Below are positions 56,401 through 64,000 of a stretch of DNA of 64,000 nt, one piece after another. Below the pieces are notes generated by a model. It saw nothing but the letters and a program-made list of their open reading frames with translations, ran no database searches and was not told the DNA's origin. Origin of the DNA: the human T2T-CHM13v2.0 reference genome, Homo sapiens; the NCBI RefSeq assembly GCF_009914755.1, contig NC_060933.1. One strand, written 5' to 3'. Within the stretch, counting starts at the first letter, position 1, and each line of letters begins with the position of its first letter. The position numbers and the translations under genes are program-made.

Positions 56401-58874
56401 TGGATTCAACTCGATTGCAATGGAATGGAATAGAACGGAATGGAATGGAATGGAATTAATCCGAATAGAATGGAATGGAATGGAATGGAACGGAATGGAA
56501 CGGAATGGAATGGAATGGAATGGAATGGAATGGTATGGAATGGAATGGAATGGTACGGAATAGAATGGAATGGAACGAATTGTAATGGAATGGAATTGAA
56601 TGGAATGGAATGGAATGGAATGGAATCAACGCGAGTGCAGGGGAATGTAATGGAACGGAATGCAATGGAATGGAATCATCCGGAATGGAATGGAATGGAA
56701 TGGAATGGAGTCACCCCGAGTGCAATGGAATGGAGTGGAATGGAATGGAATGGAATGGAACAACCCGAATGGAGTGGAATGTAATGGAAAGTAAGGGAGT
56801 TGAATAGAATCAATCCGAATGTAATGGAATGGAATGCAACGGAATGGAATGGAATGGAATGGAATGGAATGCAATGGAATGGAATCAACCCGAGTACAAT
56901 GGAATGGAATGGAATGGAATGGAATGATACGGAATAGAATGGAATGGAACGGAATGGAATGGAATGGAATGGAATGGAATGGAATGGAATGGAATGGAAT
57001 GGAATCGTTCCGAGTGGAATAGGAGGGAATGTATTCGAGTGGAATGGAAAGGAATGGTATCAACCAGAGTGGAATGGAAGGGAATGGAATGGAATGGAAA
57101 CTAATAGAATGGAATCAACCCGAGTGGAATGGAATGGAAAGGACTGGAATGGAATGGAATGGGATGGAATCAACTCGATTGTAATGGAATGGAATGGAAT
57201 GGAATGGAATGGAATGGAATGGAATTAACCTGAATACAATGGAATGGAATGGAATGCAACGGAATGGAGTGGAATGGAATGGAATCAACCCGAGTGTAGG
57301 GGAATGGAATGGAATGGAATGCAATGGAATGGAATCATCCGGAATGGAATGGAATGGAATGGAATGCAAACCAATGGAATCAACTCGATTGCAATGGAAT
57401 GGAATGGAATGGAAAGGAATACATTGGAATCAACCCGAGTGGAATGGAATGGAAAGGACTGGAATGGAGTGGAATGGAATGGAATGGAATGGAATGGAAT
57501 CAACTCGATTGGAATGGAATGGAATGGAATGGAATGGAATGGAATGGAATTAACCCGAATAGAATGGAATGTAATGGAATGGAACGGAATGGAATGGAAT
57601 GGAATGGAATGGAATGGAATGGAATGGAATGGAATCAACCCGACTGCAGGGTAATGGAATGGAATGGAATGCAATGGAATGGATTCAACTTGAATGGAAT
57701 GGAAAGAATGGAATCAAAACGAGTGGAATGGCATGGATTGGAATGGAATGGAATGGAATCAACCCGAGTACAGGGGAATGGAATGGAATGGAATGCAATG
57801 GAATGGAATCATCCGTAAAGGAATGGAAAGGAATGGAATGGAATGGAATAGAATGGAATGGAATCAACTCGATTGCAATCGAATGGAATGGAATGGAATT
57901 AACCCGAAGAGAATGGAATGGAATGGAATGGAACGGAACGGAATGGAATGGAATGGATTGGTATGGAATGGAATGGAATGGAATGGAACGGAATGGAATG
58001 GAATGGAATGGAATGGAATGGAATGGAATGGATTCAACGCGAGTGCAGGGGAACGGAATGGAATGGAATGCAATGGAATGGAATCTTCCGGAATGGAATG
58101 GAATGGAATGGAATGGAATAGAATGGAATGGAATCAACCCGAGTGCAATGGAATGGAGTGGAATGGAATGGAATGGAATGGAACAACCCGAATGGAATGG
58201 AATGTAATGGAGAGTAAGGGAGTTGAATAGAATCAATCCGAATGCAATGGAATGGAATGGAACTGAATGGAATTGAATGCAACGGAATGGAATGCAATGG
58301 AATGGAATCAACACGAGTGCAATGGAATGGAGAGGAATGGAATGGAATGGAATGGAAACTACCCGAATGGAATGGAATGTAATGGAGTGTAAGGGAATTG
58401 AATAGAATCAATCCGAATGCAATGGAATGGAATGGAACGGAATGGAATGGAATGGAATGGAATGCAATGGAATGGAATCAACCCGAGTGCAATCAAATGG
58501 AATCGAATGGAATGGCATGCAATGGAATGGATTCAACTTGAATGGAATGGAAAGAATGGAATCAACACGAGTGGAATGGCATGGATGGGAATGGAATGGA
58601 ATGGAATCAACCCGAGTACAGGGGAATGGAATGGAATGGAATGCAATGGAATGGAATCATCCGTAATGGAATGGAAAGGAATGGAATGGAATGGAATGGA
58701 ATGGAATGGAATCAACTCGATTGCAATCGAATGGAATGGAATGGAATTAACACGAATAGAATGGAATGGAATGGAATGGAACGGAACGGAATGGAATGGA
58801 ATGGAATGGAATGGAATGGAACGGAACGGAACGGAATGGATGGAATGGAATGGAATGGAATGGAATGGAATGGA

Positions 58875-61800
58875 ATCAACGCGAGTGCAGGGGAATGGAA
58901 TGGAATGGAATGCAATGGAATGGAATCTTCCGGAATGGAATGGAATGGAATGGAATGGAATGAAATGCAATGGATTCAACTCGATTGCAATGGAATGGAA
59001 TAGAATGGAATGGAATGGAATGGAATGGAATTAACCCGAATAGAATGGAATGGAATGGAATGGAACGGAATGGAACGGAATGGAATGGAATGGAATGGAA
59101 TGGAATGGTATGGAATGGAATGGAATGGTACGGAATAGAATGGAATGGAACGAATTGTAATGGAATGGAATTGAATGGAATTGAATGGAATGGAATGGAA
59201 TCAACGAGAGTGCAGGGGAATGTAATGGAACGGAATGCAATGGAATGGAATCATCCGGAATGGAATGGAATGGAATGGAATCAACCCGAGTGCAATGGAA
59301 TGGAGTGCAATGGAATAGAATGGAATGGAACAACCCAAATGGAATGGAATGTAATGGAGAGTAAGGGAGTTGAATAGAATCAATACGAATGTAATGGAAT
59401 GGAATGCAACGGAATGGAACGGAATGGAATGGAATGGAATGGAATGGAATGCAATGGAATGGAGTCAACCCGAGTACAATGGAATGGAATGGAATGGAAT
59501 GGAATGGAATGGAATGGAATGGAATGCAATGGAATGGAATCTTCCGGAATGGAATGGAATGGAATGGAATGGAATGCAATGGATTCAACTCGATTGCAAT
59601 GGAATGGAATCGAATGGAATGGAATGGAATGGAATGGAATGGAATTAAACCGAATAGAATGGAATGGAATGGAATGGAATGGAATGGAATGGAATGGAAT
59701 GCAATGGAATGGAATCAACCCGAGTACAATGGAACGGAATGTAATGTAACGTAATGGAATGGAATGGAATGGAATCAACCCGAGTGCAATGGAATGGAGA
59801 GGAATGGAATGGAATGGAATGGAAACTACCCGAATGGAATGGAATGTAATGGAGTGTAAGGGAATTGAATAGAATCAATCCGAATGGAATGGAATGGAAT
59901 GGAACGGAATCTAATGGAATGGAATGGAATGGAATCAACCCGAGTGCAGGGGAATGGAATGGAAAGGAATGCAATGGAATGGAATCATCTGGAATGGAAT
60001 GGAATGGAATGCAATGGAATGGAATGGAATGGAATCAACCCGAGTGCAATGGAATGGAGTGAAATGGAATGGAATGGAATGGAAACAACCAGAATGGATT
60101 GGAATATAATGGAGTGTAAGGGAATTGAATAGAATCAATCTGAATGTAATGAAATGGAATGGAACGGAATGGAATGGAATGGAATGGAATGGAATGGAAT
60201 GCAATGGAATGGAATCAACCCGAGTGCAATCGAATGGAATCGAATGGAATGGAATGCAATGGAATGGATTCAACTTGAATGGAATGGAAAGAATGGAATC
60301 AACACGAGTGGAATGGCATGGATTGGAATGGAATGGAATGGAATCAACCCGAGTACAGGGGAATGGAATGGAATGGAATGCAATGGAATGGAATCATCCG
60401 TAATGGAATGGAAAGGAATGGAATGGAACGGAATGGAATGGAATGGAATGGAATGGAATCAACTCGATTGCAATCGAATGGAATGGAATGGAATTAACCC
60501 GAATAGAATGGAATGGAATGGAATGGAACGGAACGGAAGGAATGGAATGGAATGGAATAGAATGGAACGGAACGGAACGGAATGGAATGGAATGGAATGG
60601 AATGGAATGGAATCAACGCGAGTGCAGGGGAATGGAATGGAATGGAATGCAATGGAATGGAATCTTCCGGAATGGAATGGAATGGAATGGAATGAAATGC
60701 AATGGATTCAACTCGATTGCAATGGAATGGAATAGAGTGGAATTGAATGGAATGGAATGGAATGGAATTAACCCGAATAGAATGGAATGGAATGGAATGG
60801 AACGGAATGGAACGGAATGGAATGGAATGGAATGGAATGGAATGGAATTGCATGGAATGGAATGGAATGGTACGGAATAGCATGGAATGGAACGAATTGT
60901 AATGGAATGGAATTGAATGGAATGGAATGGAATGGAATGGAATGGAATGGAATGGAATCAACGCGAGTGCAGGGGAATGGAATGGAATGGAATGCAATGG
61001 AATGGAATCTTCCGGAATGGAATGGAATGGAATGGAATGGAATGAAATGCAATGGATTCAACTCGATTGCAATGGAATGGAATAGAATGGAATGGAATGG
61101 AATGGAATGGAATTAACCCGAATAGAATGGAATGGAATGGAATGGAACGGAATGGAACGGAATGGAATGGAATGGAATGGAATGGAATGGTATGGAATGG
61201 AATGGAATGGTACGGAATAGAATGGAATGGAACGAATTGTAATGGAATGGAATTGAATGGAATTGAATGGAATGGAATGGAATCAACGAGAGTGCAGGGG
61301 AATGTAATGGAACGGAATGCAATGGAATGGAATCATCCGGAATGGAATGGAATGGAATGGAATCAACCCGAGTGCAATGGAATGGAGTGGAATGGAATAG
61401 AATGGAATGGAACAACCCAAATGGAATGGAATGTAATGGAGAGTAAGGGAGTTGAATAGAATCAATACGAATGTAATGGAATGGAATGCAACGGAATGGA
61501 ACGGAATGGAATGGAATGGAATGGAATGGAATGCAATGGAATGGAATCAACCCGAGTACAATGGAATGGAATGGAATGGAATGGAATGGAATGGAATGGA
61601 ATGGAATGCAATGGAATGGAATCTTCCGGAATGGAATGGAATGGAATGGAATGGAATGCAATGGATTCAACTCGATTGCAATGGAATGGAATCGAATGGA
61701 ATGGAATGGAATGGAATGGAATGGAATTAAACCGAATAGAATGGAATGGAATGGAATGGAATGGAATGGAATGGAATGCAATGGAATGGAATCAACCCGA

Positions 61801-63070
61801 GTACAATGGAACGGAATGTAATGTAACGTAATGGAATGGAATGGAATGGAATGGAATGGAATCAACCCGAGTGCAATGGAATGGAGAGGAATGGAATGGA
61901 ATGGAATGGAAACTACCCGAATGGAATGGAATGTAATGGAGTGTAAGGGAATTGAATAGAATCAATCCGAATGGAATGGAATGGAATGGAACGGAATCTA
62001 ATGGAATGGAATGGAATGGAATCAACCCGAGTGCAGGGGAATGGAATGGAAAGGAATGCAATGGAATGGAATCATCTGGAATGGAATGGAATGGAATGCA
62101 ATGGAATGGAATGGAATGGAATCAACCCGAGTGCAATGGAATGGAGTGAAATGGAATGGAATGGAATGGAAACAACCAGAATGGATTGGAATATAATGGA
62201 GTGTAAGGGAATTGAATAGAATCAATCTGAATGTAATGAAATGGAATGGAACGGAATGGAATGGAATGGAATGGAATGGAATGGAATGCAATGGAATGGA
62301 ATCAACCCGAGTGCAATCGAATGGAATCGAATGGAATGGAATGCAATGGAATGGATTCAACTTGAATGGAATGGAAAGAATGGAATCAACACGAGTGGAA
62401 TGGCATGGATTGGAATGGAATGGAATGGAATCAACCCGAGTACAGGGGAATGGAATGGAATGGAATGCAATGGAATGGAATCATCCGTAATGGAATGGAA
62501 AGGAATGGAATGGAACGGAATGGAATGGAATGGAATGGAATGGAATCAACTCGATTGCAATCGAATGGAATGGAATGGAATTAACCCGAATAGAATGGAA
62601 TGGAATGGAATGGAACGGAACGGAAGGAATGGAATGGAATGGAATAGAATGGAACAGAACGGAACGGAATGGAATGGAATGGAATGGAATGGAATGGAAT
62701 GGAATGGAATCAACGCGAGTGCAGGGGAATGGAATGGAATGGAATGCAATGGAATGGAATCTTCCGGAATGGAATGGAATGGAATGGAATGAAATGCAAT
62801 GGATTCAACTCGATTGCAATGGAATGGAATAGAGTGGAATGGAATGGAATGGAATGGAATGGAATTAACCCGAATAGAATGGAATGGAATGGAATGGAAC
62901 AGAATGGAACGGAATGGAATGGAATGGAATGGAATGGAATGGAATTGCATGGAATGGAATGGAATGGTACGGAATAGCATGGAATGGAACGAATTGTAAT
63001 GGAATGGAATTGAATGGAATGGAATGGAATGGAATGGAATGGAATGGAATGGAATCAACGCGAGTGCAGG
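58875..63070 (+). repeat. ~2.08 kb near-perfect tandem duplication
   Basis: tcaacgagag 59201/61283, caatacgaat 59381/61463, gtaatgtaacgtaat 59741/61818, catctgg 59986/62073, aattgcatgg ~60846/62943. Identical ORF translations at 59865/61952 and 60125/62212. Confidence 0.95.
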
Positions 63071-64000
63071 GGAATGTAATGGAACGGAATGCAATTGAAT
63101 GGAATCATCCGGAATGGAATGGAATGGAATGGAATGGAATGGAATGGAATCAATCCGAGTGCAATGGAATGGAGTGGAATGGAATGAAATGGAATGGAAC
63201 AACCCGAATGGAATGGAATGTAATGGAGAGTAAGGGAGTTGAATAGAATCAATCCGAATGTAATGGAATGGAATGCAACGGAATGGAATGCAATGGAATG
63301 GAATGGAATGCAATGGAATGGAATCAACCCGAGTACAATGGAATGGAATGGAATGGAATTGAATGTAATGGAATGGAATCAATTCGAGTACAATGGAATG
63401 GAATGGAATGGAATGGAATGGAATGGAATGGAATGGAATGGCATGGAATGGAATGCCTTCAAACCGAATGGAATGGAAAGGAATGAAATCAACACGAGTG
63501 GAATGGAATGGAATGGAATGGAATGGAATGGAATGGAATGGAATGGAATGATACGGAATAGAATGGAATGGAACGAAATGGAATGGAATGGAATGGAATG
63601 GAATGGAATGGAATGGAATGGAATGGAACGGAATGGAATCGTTCCGAGTGGAATAGGAGGGAATGTATTCGAGTGGATTGGAAAGGAATGGAATCAACCA
63701 GAGTGGAATGGAAGGGAATGGAATGGAATGGAAACTAATAGAATGGAATCAACCCGAGTGGAATGGAATGGAAAGGACTGGAATGGAAAGGAATGGAATG
63801 GAATGGAATGCAATGGAATGGAATGGAATCAATCCGAGTGCAATGGAATGGAGTGGAATGGAATGGAATGGAATGGAACAATCCGAATGGAATGGAATGT
63901 AATGGAGAGTAAGGGAGTTGAAAAGAATCAATCCGAATGTAATGGAATGGAACCGAATGGAATGAAATGGAATGGAATGGAATGGAATGGAATGGAATGC

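Larger units (their letters stand above)
1..64000 (+). repeat. Satellite III (HSat3) array, diverged (GGAAT)n/(CATTC)n, pericentromeric heterochromatin of human or a close great ape
   Basis: GGAAT pentamers run end to end, interrupted by CAAC(C/A/G)CGAGT-type motifs characteristic of satellite III. The purine-rich strand is always +, and no non-satellite sequence was seen. Confidence 0.98.
1..64000 (+). ncRNA. Possible template for stress-induced G-rich SatIII non-coding RNA
   Basis: Family knowledge only: HSF1 drives Pol II transcription of the G-rich strand of satellite III in nuclear stress bodies. No start or end of a transcript can be read from this sequence. Confidence 0.3.

Noticed and set aside
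17107-57004. Apparent ~5.79 kb period of the gttccgag module (17107-22889-28684 and 51219-57004)
   Set aside because: The intervening module content differs between intervals, and other spacings (about 5.0, 4.4, 5.6, 1.7, 1.1 kb) do not fit. Treated as coincidental sums of smaller units unless a dot-plot shows a diagonal.
15-63931. Hundreds of ORFs on both strands
   Set aside because: (GGAAT)n has no stop codon in any frame and an ATG every 5 bp. The ORFs overlap in all six frames, are low-complexity and contain no recognisable domains, so they are not called as CDS.
1-64000. CRISPR-like appearance of repeated motifs such as gtaagggagttgaatagaatcaatccgaat separated by intervening sequence
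   Set aside because: The intervals are satellite of variable length (hundreds of bp), not unique 25-45 bp spacers. There is no leader and no cas gene.
1-64000. Transposon insertion (Alu/L1/LTR) or strand inversion
   Set aside because: No poly(A), target-site-flanked foreign sequence or (CATTC)n tract on the + strand. Isolated cattcc (e.g. ~10484) is a single motif.
1-64000. Canonical G-quadruplexes or telomeric repeats
   Set aside because: G-runs are almost all GG, GGG/GGGG runs are isolated, and there are no TTAGGG arrays.

Overview
The whole 64 kb window is one uninterrupted, single-orientation array of human-type satellite III (HSat3), (GGAAT)n on the + strand. It is punctuated by a small vocabulary of interruption motifs such as CAACCCGAGT, CAACGCGAGTGCAGGGG, CAACTCGATTGCAAT and GTAAGGGAGTTGAATAG. 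A recurring ~150 bp module resembles, from memory and unverified, the chromosome 9 pHuR98/D9Z3 type. I see no credible gene, RNA gene, transposon or CRISPR array, and all ORFs are artefacts of a stop-free pentamer. The informative content is hidden structure. (1) Nested higher-order repeats: a ~17.9 kb-offset near-identical duplication (1-9.4 kb = 17.9-27.4 kb), a ~6.0/6.8 kb tandem pair, younger 2.08, 1.11, 0.98 and 0.275 kb tandem duplications, and an older ~2.6 kb unit built from ~0.86 kb steps. (2) Zoned domains with different motif vocabularies. (3) About 50 perfect three-unit heat-shock elements (gGAAtcTTCcgGAAt), roughly one per 1.25 kb, set in register in the GGAAT lattice. Coordinates and counts were read by eye, so block boundaries are approximate to tens of bp.
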